DNA from: Vitrella brassicaformis CCMP3155
Lineage: Eukaryota; Protista; Chromerida
Assembly (NCBI GenBank): GCA_001179505.1
Contig: CDMY01000431.1
Coordinates: forward strand, 1 to 64,000
Direction of reading: 5' to 3'
Length of the DNA stretch: 64,000 nucleotides
The stretch's first letter is position 1, and the number at the start of each line of letters is the position of its first letter. Shown here piece by piece: positions 11,720 through 24,174 of this stretch. Made by a program: the position numbers and the translations under genes. Under the pieces are notes generated by a model that saw only the letters and a program-made list of their open reading frames with translations, searched no databases and was not told where the DNA came from.

Positions 11720-12321
11720 GGCTGCACCGGGCACACGACAGGGTGCATTCTTCCTCTCAGGGCCTGTGTGCGTACCTTCGTTGAAGGACTTGTGTGTGAT
11801 GCTTCAGCTGGTCAGAGGGATGGCAGATGGCGGCAGATCTGTCGGGAGAAACAAAAGAGGAATACACGACGGATGGGCAGTGGGGGAGGAATGCATTTCG
11901 GTGTACCTTTATTGAGAGATCCACTGTCAGTGAGGCTCAAAGTGATGCTGCTGACGCTTTGCTTGCCTTCAGAAGCCCAACAGAATCACTCTCCCTTTCG
12001 GTCGACGAGCTCGCGGCTTCTTCGGGGAGGGTGGGCTGAATTCATGGCTTTTGTGTTCGTGTTTGCTTGCAGCTGTGGCCCTGCGGCTGCTCCAACGACA
12101 TGCACTTGAACGGGTCTCATTTGGCTCATCAACGTGGAGATGTCACTGCACACATACACGTCTGTCAGTCACTCAGCTGGCTATCGACACCCTTCCCACA
12201 CGCAGTCAGTCAGTCAGTCAGTCAGTCAGCAGAGAGGCAGTGGGTCCCTCTATGCTGCCTACGGCTACCTACGGAGGGGCACTCGAGAGAGAGGCGGCCC
12301 GCCCCGCAGTGTGTCAGTCTC

Positions 12322-12903
12322 TCAGTCGGAGTGCGACACGAATGGCCGCATCCATTGGGCCACTTCTTCCATCGACCCGGCAAACACGACCTCTGTCTGG
12401 CACTGCTCGCACAAATAGCCCTCCGGCCGCAGCGGCAGCGGCTCCTTTGCCTCCTTGATGCGTTCCTTGTTGTCCTTCTGGCGACGGGCGTTGTCGGCCT
12501 TGAGGCGGGGGAGGCTGTGGTGCCAGGCATCCTTGCGTTGGGCGTAGCACTTGTTGCAGATGTGCATGTGTCTGCAGGGGACGTACATGACGGAGGCAGG
12601 GCCGTGCTCGCCGAAACAGATGATGCACCCGCCGGCCTGAATGGTGCCAGCACCATCACGACCACTGCCGGGCTGTGTTGGCTCGGGTGGCGGAGGGGCG
12701 CTCGAGCTGCTGGATGAAGACGGCTGGTGCTGCTGGATGCTCATCTCGGCAAGCCTGTGTGTGTGCATCAATCGCATTATGCACGTGTGTCTGTTACGGA
12801 TGTGTGTGGGCCCGCGTACCTTCGTTCGGTCTCTGCGAGCCGCCTGGCCAGTTCATCGTTCTTCCGCTGGAGCTCAGCCTCTCGTGACGACACTCCCACA
12901 CTG

Positions 12904-12945
<42 letters not shown>

Positions 12946-15900
12946 CATAAAGACATGGCAAGGCATTCCAATCGGATCCGTACCATCCGTACGTCAACGC
13001 CCGTGTGTGTGGCACCCACCTAAGCTCTACACCACCAGCACCACCACCAGCAGCAGCAGCCGAGGCGCCCTGGTCGCCCTCATGATCATGCGATGGCCTG
13101 ACCACACACACATAAAGCCGATGAAGTGACGAGCCGCCCATCGTCGCTTTGTGTGTCGGTGGGCCTGCCTACCCTAGTGGCCCTTGGTATGGTATTGCTG
13201 CTGCTGCTGCTGCCACAGCTGGTGGTGGTGCAGCAGCACTGGAATCGTCGTAGCTACTGGACGACGGACAGGCGTCAAAGGTGGACCTGACACACCACAT
13301 AACAAACATATGGCAGTTCAATGGTGGCTGTGCTGCGATGGTTGACAGCTCTTGTGTGCTACCTTGGCCCGTAGAATGGCGACGGACGGTGCTCATTCTG
13401 ACTCAACGACGCCCCAAGTGGCCTGAGAAAATGCATGCAGAACATCCACCCACCGGTGTGTGCGTGAGGTGTCCTGATGTCGGCCTGTCTGTGCCTTACT
13501 TGGGGCACTTGACGAGTGGCGGAGGGCCCCGGTGACACGACGGACGATGACCACTCGACGACGGCGGACACACAGCCCTGGACACTGCATCCTTCAGAGG
13601 GCCCAGCGGCCCTGCTGCTGCGGATGCGCCTATGGCATGGCCACCAGACGAGAGCGACGAAGAGGGCTGCATGGATGGCGGGGGCATCATCATGGCGGCG
13701 GTCCTGGCCTCGTGGAGTGATGCAAGGATGGCCATCTGGGTCTGCGCATCATGGTCCTCGTCATTCTCACTGCACACAAACAATATGACACCTCGGTGCT
13801 CTGGGTAGTGAGTGTCGTTTGCCGCTCCGAATGACCGCGGTGAGGCAGATCCAGATGCGGCACCTGACGAGTGAGATGAGGGCCTGCAAACCAACAAGGG
13901 AGAGAATGTGATCACATCCACTGGCCAACGGAGACTCACCTGTGTCGGTTCGGCCGACGACTGCCCTTGTTGTCGGCGTCATCAGCAGCTGCCGCAGCCG
14001 ACGGCAGCCTGCATGACAGCCAGGAGAAGTAAGCAAGTCTGTGGTGGGCCTCGCTGTGCCGACCTCTGCAGTGTGTCTATGTCTTCGCCGTCGGCACCAG
14101 TTTCCTCTACGTCGCTACCAGCGTCATGCTCAACACCCTCCTCAGCCACCGACTCAACACGCCTACAAGAGCCCCCAACGACACGATAAGATCCATGCAC
14201 CATAAGCGGCCCCCCACCGATGTGTGCGTGAGGGGTCCTCATGTCGGCCTCTCTGTGCCTTACTTGGGGCACTTGACGAGTGGCGGAGGGCCCCGGTGAC
14301 ACGACGGACGATCCACACTCGACGAGGAGGGAAGCACACTGACACGAAATGAGACAACGAAACACATCAACACCATTCATTGTGCCCAGCCATCGATCCC
14401 CTTCTCTGTGTCTGTCTGCTTACGGCTGTTGTGACCCATGTGCCAGAGGGGGGAATGACTCATCGGCACCGCTCGCCGGTCTGTGTGCAGGTGGCAGGGG
14501 CCGAGGGGGTGGGGGCGGGTGAGAGGGACTCGACGACACAAACGGTCGCCGCTTGGCCGACTCGCGCGGCTCCACAGCCGACGGCAGCGGGGTAGTGGAA
14601 GGGGCCGCCCGAGACGACAACGACAGGCATGGTGCAGCAGCCGGGAGGCCCAGCCCCCTCCCTATGCCCAACTTGCTGCTTGCCGATGGACCCGGCAGGC
14701 GCTTCTCCCGCGGCGTCTGGTCGGCCGTCGACACACAGCTGGGGCGAGAGAGCAGAAGACGATCAGCCGAGGGCTGCTCTGTCGTCTTGTGCTTGGGTGT
14801 GGGGGGATGGAAGGGCGAGAAGGGGGAACGAGTCGACGCTTTGGTGTGGGCAGCTCTCTGGGTCCTGATGGGGGCCGTCTTCTGCTGTTTGTGGTGGGTT
14901 GTCTGCTTCTGCCTTTCGATGGCGCGGCTGGCGAAGGTCGACCCCACCAGCAGGGCGTCGCCGTCCTCATCTTGATCATCGGCTGCCCCACTGCTGTCTG
15001 CCTGGTCGTCTTCGCCGCCCGGCGGGCAGCTGGTGGAGGTGGAGGTGGCTGTTGCGCTCGCCTGCCTCTTGCCCCCCCGCTTGCCCTTCTTCTTGCCACC
15101 CGTCTTCTCCTTAGCCGCCGCCCTCTCCTTGTTGGCCGCCTCCTCCTCTTTGATGAGGGCCGCCATCTTCGCGTCGGCCTCCCTCTGCTGCCACGCCAAT
15201 TCGGCCTCTGTGGGCACCTCCTTGGCGTGTCGTGTGGCCTGCCGCCTCTTGTGCCTGTCGCGGTGCTCCTTCAGTTTCTGCAGCCGCTCCTGCGCCTCGA
15301 TGATGGCGGGGCGCGGCTCGCGAATGGGCAGCTGCTTGGGCAGCGCCGTGCGCTCCGCCAACACCAGCTGGCGGCAACGACGCTGATGCTCTGTAGCAGT
15401 GGGCATGAGGGCGATGTCAGCGCCCGACTGGAGCAGCACACGGATGGTGGTCTTGAGGTTGGAGATCCGGATGGTGGCCCGGTCCCTCTCGGCCTGCTCC
15501 GTGTTGTCGTCCTGCAGCTGTTGGATGTCGTCATCGAGCTCTGTGGCAGCGGTGGCGAGGGGTGTGAGAGTGGGGTCATTCGGCAGGCCTCTGTTGACGT
15601 CAGCAGCGGTGAGGCGGCGACAGAGAGAGGCAGCCAAACGGTGGGAGCCGCCGATGGCCGCGCAGTGTAATGGCGTCCGTCCGAAGGTGTCCACGGCCGT
15701 GATGTCGGCCCCGTTGGCCACCATCAAGTCGATGTAGCTCTCGATGAACTGCTGAGACCAGACGGGAGGTCTCACGGCCGCCACATGGACCAGATTGATG
15801 CCACCCGGGTCCCGCTCGGTTGCGAGTGTGGGGTCTCGCTGGATGAGCTGCCGGTAGAAGGACAGCAGGATGGCCTCGCTGTCCTCAGTCGGCTGATCCG

Positions 15901-16975
15901 TCGGCAGTGTGGGCGGCAGCAGCATCACCAAGCGCCCCCGCAGCTGAATGCCTGGAACAGACAGACAGACAGACAGACGTCCATCATGGTGTGTGTTCCT
16001 TGTCGTGAGTGCTGTGAATGGGTGTGTACCTGGCTGGCCCATCAGGAGCTCGAATGCGGCCCGGTTGCACGAGGCGATGGCCACTCGGATGGGCGTATGA
16101 TGACCCGCCCCATTGATGTCGGCGCCGTTGTCGATCAGGACCTGGATGACGGCGAGCTGAAGGCCGGGTGTCTCCCACATGGGCATGGCGACGGGAGTGC
16201 AACCACCATTGACGTCGTATGCCCAGATGGACGGCACGCTGTTGTCCGTGAGGTTGTCAATGCACAGCGACAGCAGGGAATAGGCTAAATAGGCACCCGT
16301 GGTGCCCGCCACCCGCAGCAGTGGCTCCACATTGGGGTCGGCTCCATTCGGCTGAATCAGGTCCGTCACCTGCTGTGCGTCAGTGACGGTGCGGCGGAGG
16401 ATGCACTTGGACACCATCAAGCTGGCGTCACTGGTGCCAGGAGGGACGGTGACGCCATTCCCACAGCTCCTCCAGCCAGGTGATCGCGGCACACCTGTGG
16501 TTGGCACAACGGGCAGATTATTAACGATGAGCTCTGGAAAGGCGATTCTGATTTGTGTAGCGGTGGGTCTGTCGGTCGGCGTCTACCTCTGTTCAGTCGA
16601 GTCCGGCCTTGTCCGCTGCGCTGCTGCCCGCCAGCACCCCCACCGACGCCGACACCGAGACCCCCACCAACACGGCTAACACCTGCACAAGCACACACAC
16701 ACGAGCAGTCATAACCGTGCTGCTTGCTATATCTCACAGCTCGTCGCTCACCCTCGTCAATGCCATCATTGCGATTGTCTTTGTTCTCTATGTGCCGGCC
16801 GGCACCGGTGGTCTCCTCCTCGGCTACATCGTCTGCAAAGGAACACACACATTGACACACACGATGCTGTGAGTGATGTGGTGCATCTGTCTGAGCTGAG
16901 TGTACCTTCATCGCCATCGCCACCGTCGGCCGGGCCAGCAGCGGCCATGTCGGTGTCGGGACGACCAGACGACAT
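12322..16975 (-). CDS. Ankyrin family copy B: ankyrin repeats, coiled coil/Lys-rich segment, UIM-like motif, C-terminal RING-HC (putative E3 ligase)
   Basis: Ankyrin ORF 14420-16507 ends at a CAG CC|GTAAGC donor. Later exons: VLPSSSSVDRPSCHRGPPPLVKCPK, RVESVAEEGVEHDAG, EDHDAQTQMAILASLHE, RPLGASLSQNE, SREAELQRKNDELARR, and the final exon CIICFGEHGPASVMYVPCRHMHICNKC...CEQC. Confidence 0.75.
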
Positions 16976-17579
16976 CGCTCTCACTCACTCAGACAGACAG
17001 ACAGACAGCTGCACCAGGGACCACACACACAGAGATGGGCCTGCAGGCATCTGATGCATTTGTTGTGTGCATCAGTGCTAGCCGACAGCCAGCCACAGAC
17101 GCTCACTCAATCAACCAGTCCGCCCGTCGACAAGGCAGACCTGAAGACCACAAACACACACACGGACAGCAAACAGAATGAGCCAATCGTCGCATCTTCC
17201 CACTCACCGTCGCAACACCGTCGGACGAGAAGCCGCTACCTGGCGCGATGATCTCTTGGGCAGCAGGGCTGTGCACACTCGATAAGATGGAAAGGCCGCT
17301 AATTCCGCTGATGGATAGGTGGGCACACGAGAAGCCGCTGCAGCGATGGGCAGACGGACTCGTCCGCTGAGCAGGGCCTCACTGTGCCTCCACTGACGCA
17401 CCAAGAGGGCTCGCAAGAGGGCCTATAGGAAGCGATTCGTGTCTGTTTCTTCTGCCTCTCTCTCAGGCTCGCACCGATCGGCTCGCGAGTTTTCTTCACA
17501 GGAGGGGGAGCCCTTCTGATGGGCTCACAGGGTTCGTCAGGAGTCAAGCATTCGGCCGCAGTGAGCCCCAATCACTTTG

Positions 17580-18140
17580 GATGAATTGCTCTTGATGAAT
17601 GAGCAGCTCACTTGGCTCCCGGAGTGTGTGTGCTGTCTGTCTGTGTCCTGATTCTGTCTGTCACACTGTCACGACCATTGCAGTAGTGAACGATACAGAG
17701 TAGTCATCACTTTACACGCGGTACATGTATTCATCAGCCATTCCGTCCATCAGAAAAGCCTGTAAGCACCAGTTACGCCACACATCACCAGACACTGTCA
17801 TGGATGGCAGGCAGTCGGGAGCGGCACACATCGCAATGACACTACGCCAGCAGACGGGGGGCGAGGAAAAACCCATTTGGCTGTCTGTGTGTCTGTCTGT
17901 CTGTCTCACCCTTCTGTCTGCTTGACAGTTGAGGACACCCTTCATCGATCTCTCTGTCCGCAATGGTGACCTACACTCTCTGGATAGCATCGATCTCATG
18001 GGATGGAAGAGCCACTCAGTCAAAAAGCTGTCTCTCTCCCTCCCCCAGTCCGCTACACACTCTCCTGTCCTCTCCCGCCCTCTCCCACATCGATGTCTGT
18101 TGGCAGGCTGGTAGGGACGTCATGTGATGGGCTGATCGGC
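17580..18140. repeat. Intergenic block between copies C and B, inverted paralog of about 48380-48990 (between D and E)
   Basis: For example, gacagttgaggacaccc...atcgatctc...gtccgca.tggtgacctacact...tggatagcatcg.tctcatgg.atggaagagccactcagtcaaaaagctgtctctctccctc appears as the reverse complement at 48490-48620. Homology continues on both sides. Confidence 0.88.
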
Positions 18141-18348
18141 CCACTGCCGCACACGGTGCACAAACGAATCTCACGTCAATCGTGACTTATATGAACATGT
18201 AATGGAATGCAGTGTAATGCGAAGCTCCTCCCGCTGGCTGGCCATATATAGTGAGTCGGCACGTCAACAGCTGGGCTGGCTGGCATCGTCCACCACCTGT
18301 ACAACAAACACAGCCCGCCATTCCCCTCTGCCTGTCTGTCTGACCTAC

Positions 18349-21300
18349 TCAATTGTCCGTCTGCACATGCGCTGTGATGGTCTTCTCGGCGACACTGCGG
18401 CACGCAGGGCATTGCAGCACAGAGTGGCACTTGACGTCATCGGGCACCGGCTTGCCCGCCCCCTCCGGCCGCGCCTTCTCTGCCTTGGCACTCTCGTGTC
18501 TGCCCTTCCACTGCTGCCAGCATTCGGCACACAGGCACAGGTGGCGACACGGATCAAACAGCACTGTGGGCGAGTTGTGGTTGCAGATGACGCAGATGGG
18601 ACGAGGCGGGAGAGGCGGTGCTGCAGCAGCCGATGCGGCCGCCGCTTCCCTGTCCTCCAGCCGACCCTCCATCTTGTTGGCCTCCTTGCCGAGTGCCCGC
18701 AGTGCCACCTTGGCCTTCGCGATGTCGCGCTTGAAGGCCTCCACATCTTCAGGTGACCGCAGGGATGACAGCCGGTACTCCGTCAGGCTGCATACACCCA
18801 ACAAGACGACGACGGCACCAACAAGGGTGCATGGGCGCCTGAAATCGTTTGCGCGTGTGTGTACCATGTGCGAGCTATCTGCAGCAGGCGGTCGTGCTCT
18901 TGCTGGAGTGTTGGTATGGTGGTCGCCTCGGCTGCCGCAGTCGCCTCCGTCACTGTCGAGATGTCCGCCTCCAGCCTGCAGGGCAGCGAAGGGGCAGCAT
19001 CCATCAACAGACTCCATCACTCGTTTGTACGTGTGTGTGCTTACTGCCGCAGCTTGGCCTTGGTGCTCTCCAGCATCTCACGAAGCTGCCCTTCCGATGA
19101 CAGCGAGTCGATCTCGTCGGCTATCTCGTCAGCTATCTCGTCAACACGCGAAGACCTGAATAAGTGTCGATCAATCGCTTGTGTGGGCATGCACGTGTGT
19201 GTGTGTGTGTGTGTGTTGTCGTTACTCACCTTTGAATGCGATCATCGTTGCAGGCTACATAAAATGGCGCAGATGGGGACGGCAGACGGGCAAACAGGGA
19301 CCCGCTGCCGTTGCCGGCACGTGTGTGGCTATCGCTGGTGCGGGAGGTCTCACACGCACTGCTGTAGAGTTGGTCGAGCCGCTCGTCTTCGCGCGTGACC
19401 CTCTCGCCGAACTCACACACCTCCGCTGCCGTGGTCAGGGCCATCAGCGCATCGCGAGTCAACCTGAAGGACCACATGAATCGATTAACGAAGATGATTC
19501 AAAGCGATGCATTTGTATGTATCTTTGTACGTGTCTGTTTGCTCTTGTGTGGCTTCTGTGAGTGCCCCTATGGCCGCGTTGAGCTCATTGGTCCGCTCCA
19601 TGATGCTCGAGTGCCGCTCCAGCGCCTCCCCATAGCGTCGCTCCATGCTGCAGACAAATGGAGTGAACGCACACATGACGCAGCCAACCCTCCGCCCATC
19701 CATCCATCCATCCATCCCTTGCTGACCTCTGTTGATCCTGCATAGCCTTGCACACTGCATCCCTCAGAGAGCCGAGCGATGCTGCTGCTGCCGCCGCCGA
19801 TGCGCCACTGGCGTAGCCAACAGACCAAAGTGACGAAGAGGGCGGCATGGGTGGCGGGGGCATCATGGTGGCGGTGGTGGCGTCGTGCAGCGATGCAGCG
19901 ATGGCCATCTGTGTCTGCGCATCATGCTCCTCCTCGTCCTCACTGCACACCCAACTAATGACACTTGTGCCGTGGTGCAGATGCCTGTCTAGGGCATGTA
20001 ACGGACCTGTCGTCTCCATCTTGGTGTGGTGGATGGTGCTTGTCGGCTGCCGGTATGAGAGCCGGCCCAGCTCCGACCGATGCGGCCACCGCGCTACTGA
20101 CCGAAGACGAGTGCAACACCGCCCGCACGCCACTGCCGGCCGGCCCAGCCGTGCCGCTGCCGTCGCGCTGCAGAGGCTTGGTGAGAGGCCGGAGAGGCTC
20201 AGCACCGGAGGAACGAGAAGAGGGCCGCGTGGTGTCCGCAGACTCGGACATTGGCCTGTAAATCAGGAGAGGATGCCGTCGGTATAAGTGAGGGTTGACA
20301 GCGGGGCGTTAGTGTGAATGCGTGAGCTTCGCTGTGTTGACCTCTCCTGCTGTGTGTCTGTGTCTTCGCCGTCAGCACCAGTTTCCTCTACGTCGCTACC
20401 AGCGTCATGCTCAACACCCTCCTCAGCCACCGACTCAACACGCCTACAAGAGCCCCCAACGACACGATAAGATCCATGCACCATGACCCTCCACCGATGT
20501 GTGTGCGTCAGGGGTCCTCATGTCGGCCTGTCTGTTCCTTTACTTGGGACACCTGACGAGTGGCGGAGGGCCCCGGTGACACGACGGACGATACCCACTC
20601 GACGACGGCGGTAACAGGTCGTCACTGACACAAAATGAGACAACGAAACACGCCATTCATTGTGCCCATCCATCTATCCCCTTCTCTGTGTCTGTCTGCT
20701 TACAGCTGCTGTGGCGCATACGCCAGAGGGGGGAATGACTCATCGGCACCGCTCGCCGGTCTGTGTGCAGGTGGCAGGGGCCGAGAGGGTGGGGGCGGGT
20801 GAGAGGGACTCGACGACACAAACGGTCGCCGCATGGCCGACTTGTGCAGCTCCTCAGCTGACGGCAGACGAAGAGGGGAAGGGACCGGCCGAGCCGACAG
20901 GGATGGTGCAGCAGCCGGGAGGCCCAGCCCGCTGTCTCTGCCCAACTTGCTGCCTGCCGATGGGCCCGGCAGGCGCTCCTCGCGAGGCGTCTGGTCGGCC
21001 GTCGACACACCGCTGGGGTGAGAGAGCAGCAGACGATCAGCCGAGGGCTGCTCAGTCGTCTTGTGCTTGGCTGTCGGGGGCTGGAAGGGCGAGAAGGGGG
21101 AACGAGTCGACTCTTTGGGATGGGCAGCTCTCTGGGTCTTGTTGGTGGCCTTCTTCTGCTTGGCGTTCGTGGCCTGCGCATGGCTTTCGATGGCGTGGCT
21201 GCCGAAGGCCGACCCCAAAAGTAGGGCGTCGCCGTCCTCATCTTGATCATCGGCTGCCCCACTGGTGTCCGCCTGATCGTCTTCGTCGCCCGGCGGGCTG

Positions 21301-23291
21301 CTCGTGGAGGTGGGGGCCGCTGTTGCGGACGCCTGCCTCTTGCCCCCCTTCTTGCCCTTCTTCTTGCCCGCCTTCGCCTTAGCCGCTGCCCTCTCCTTGT
21401 TGGCCTCCTCCTCTTTGATGAGTGCCGCCATCCTGGCGTCGGCCTCCCTCTGCTGCCGCGCCAACTCGGCCTCTGTTGGGGCCTCCTTGGCCTGTCGTGT
21501 GGCCTGCCGCCCCTTGCGCCTGTCGCGGTGCTCCTTCATCTTCTGCAGCCGCTCCTGCGCTTCGACGGTGGAGGGGCGCGGCTCGCGAATGGGCAGCTGC
21601 TTGGGCAGCGCCATGAGCTCCGCCAACACCAGCTTGCGGCAATGGCGGTCCTCCTCTGTGGCAGTGGGCATGAGGGCGATATCAGCACCCGCCTGGAGGA
21701 GCACACGGATGGTGGTCCTGACGTGGGGGATCCGGATGGTGAGCCGATCCTTCGCTGCCTGCCCCGTGTTGTTGTCACGCAGCCGCTGGGTGAACTCATC
21801 GAGCTGTCGGGCAGCGTAGGTGAGGACTGTGTTGGTGGGCTCATTTGGCTGCCCTCTGTTGATGTCGGCAGCAGTGAGACGGCGGCAGAAAGACGCGGCG
21901 ACACGATGGGAGCCCCAGAAAGCCGCGTGGTGCAGCGGCGTCCGTTCCTCAGAGTCCACGGCCGTGATGTCGGCCCCGTTGGCCACCAGCAGGTCGATGT
22001 AGTCCTCGATGAACTGCTGAGACCAGACTGGAGGGCTCGAGGCCGCGTCATGCAGCAGGTTGCTGCCACTGTCGGCATCGGTCTCAGTTGCGAGTGTGGG
22101 GTCTCGCTGGATGAGCTGCCGGTAGAAGGACAGCAGGATGCGCTCGTGAGCCTCAGTCGGCTGGTCCGTCGGCAATGGGAGCGGCAGCTGCATCACAAGG
22201 AGCCCCGGCAGGTGGAGCCCTGCAATAGACAGACAGACAGACAGACAGAGAGAGAGAGAGAGAGAAGGCGTCCACCATGGTGTGTTTCGTGTGTCGTGAG
22301 TGCTGTGAATGGGTGCGCACCTGGCTGGCTCATCAGGAGGTCGAAGGCGGCCCGGTTACACGAGGCGATGGCCACCACGATGGGCCTATGGTCACCCTCA
22401 CCCCCATTGATGTCGGCGCCTCCCTGGATCAGGCTTCGCATGACGGCGAGCTGGAGTCCGGGTGTCTGCCACATCGGCATGGCGACGGGACAGTCGCCCT
22501 CGCCGCCGGCTGCCCAGATGGACGGCACGCTGTTGTGAGTGAGGTTGTTGATGCACAGCGCCAGCAGCGGATAGGCCAGGTAGTCATCCGTAGTGCCTTC
22601 CACCCGCAGCTGTGGCTCCACATTGGGGTCGGCCCCCTGCTGGTGGATCAGGTCCGGCACATGCTCTTCGTCAGTGACGGTGCGGCGGAGGATGTGCCGA
22701 CACAGCCGAATGCTGGCGTCGGCGGTGTCAATAGGGAAGGCGAGGTCGATGCCGTTCTCCAAGCTCTTCCAGCCAAGTCGTAACGGCGGACCTGCGGCTG
22801 GCACAGACAATCCGGCAAAAGACACACATACAAGATTATTCACGATGAGCTCTGGAAAGGCGATTCTGCTTTGTGTAGCGGTGTCCCTGTGTCGATCGGC
22901 GGTTTCATCTGTTCGGTCGAGTCCGGCCCTGTCCGCTGCGCTGCTGCCCGCCAGCACCCTCACCGACGTCGACACCGAGACCCCCACCAACACGGCTAAC
23001 ACCTGCACACACACAACGACAGAGCAGTCATGACCGTGCTGCTTACTATATCCCACAGCTCGTCGCTCACCCTCGTCAATGCCACCATTGCGATTGCCTT
23101 TGTTCTCTATCTGCCGGCCACCACCGGTGGTCTCCTCCTCGGCTACATCGTCTGCAGAGGAACACACACATCCACACACACGATGCTGTGAGTGATGTGC
23201 TGCATCTGTCCGAGCTGAGTGTACCTTCATCGCCATCGTCACCGTCGGCCATACCAGAGGCCATGTCGGTGTCGGGACGACCAGACGACAT
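18349..23291 (-). CDS. Ankyrin family copy C: ankyrin repeats, coiled coil, UIM-like motif, helical exons, RING-HC (frame continuity of the 3' exons uncertain)
   Basis: ORFs 22193-23242 and 20700-22196 carry the ankyrin core, and 20700 ends at a CT|GTAAGC donor. Downstream: VESVAEEGVEHDAG, EDEEEHDAQTQMAIAASLHD, VDEIADEIADEIDSLSSEGQLREMLESTKAKLRQ, and CVICNHNSPTVLFDPCRHLCLCAEC...CPAC. Confidence 0.7.
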
Positions 23292-24174
23292 CGCTCTCAC
23301 TTACACAGACAGACCAACAGCTGCACCATAGACCACACAGACGGCTAAGGGCCTGCAGGCATCTGATGCATTTGTTGTGTGCATCAATCAGTGCTTGCCT
23401 ATCACAAGTAGGAGTCGACAGCCAGCCGCACACACACTCAATCAACCACTCCGCCCGTCGACAAGGCAGACCTGAAGACCGCCAACACACACAGACACAC
23501 AGACAGCAAACAGATCATCGGTGTGCTTATGAGTGATCCAATGGCCGCATCGTCACTTACCGTTGGGCGAGAAGCCGCTACAGCTACGTTGCTGGATAAT
23601 CCATCGGGCCACGAATCGTGTCGGTTCTCGCCTCTCTTAGGCTCGCACCGATCGGCTCGGAGGTCGTGGGCGAAGGAGCCATTCTGTGGGCTCACGAGCC
23701 TCGTAACGTGCCAATCATTCGGCCGCAGTGAGCCCCGCTTGCTTTGGATGAATCGTTTTGGCGGATGAGCAGCTCGCACTGTACCATGTTGTGATTGACA
23801 GACTCCTATGTGCCCGCGATGTTTGTGTCTGGCTGCGTGAATCGATAAAGAGTGGTCACTACGTCACACACGGGTGCGATCACATGAGCACACACACAGT
23901 GCAACAAAAGCATAAGACATTTCACACACTCATCATCCTTTCCCGCCCTGCCGCTCTTAGAGCTCACTGACAGCAGTCGACAGGCACACACCAAACAAAC
24001 ATGGCTCACGTCATCCTCGCTCAACAGAGCAGCACACACACGACGGCCACACACACGACGGCATCGCTTTCTCGCGATCGATCTCTACACTGTCAGCTGA
24101 CTGCCCCTCTGAGAAACACACACACAGGCTCTCCCTCTCCCCTCCCCCCGCCCCCCTAGCCCACACAGCCTCTC

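Noticed and set aside
14420-14425. Stop codons ending ORFs at 14420, 20700 and 47097 as true gene ends
   Set aside because: Each TAA lies inside a GTAAGC donor, and conserved in-phase exons follow in all three copies.
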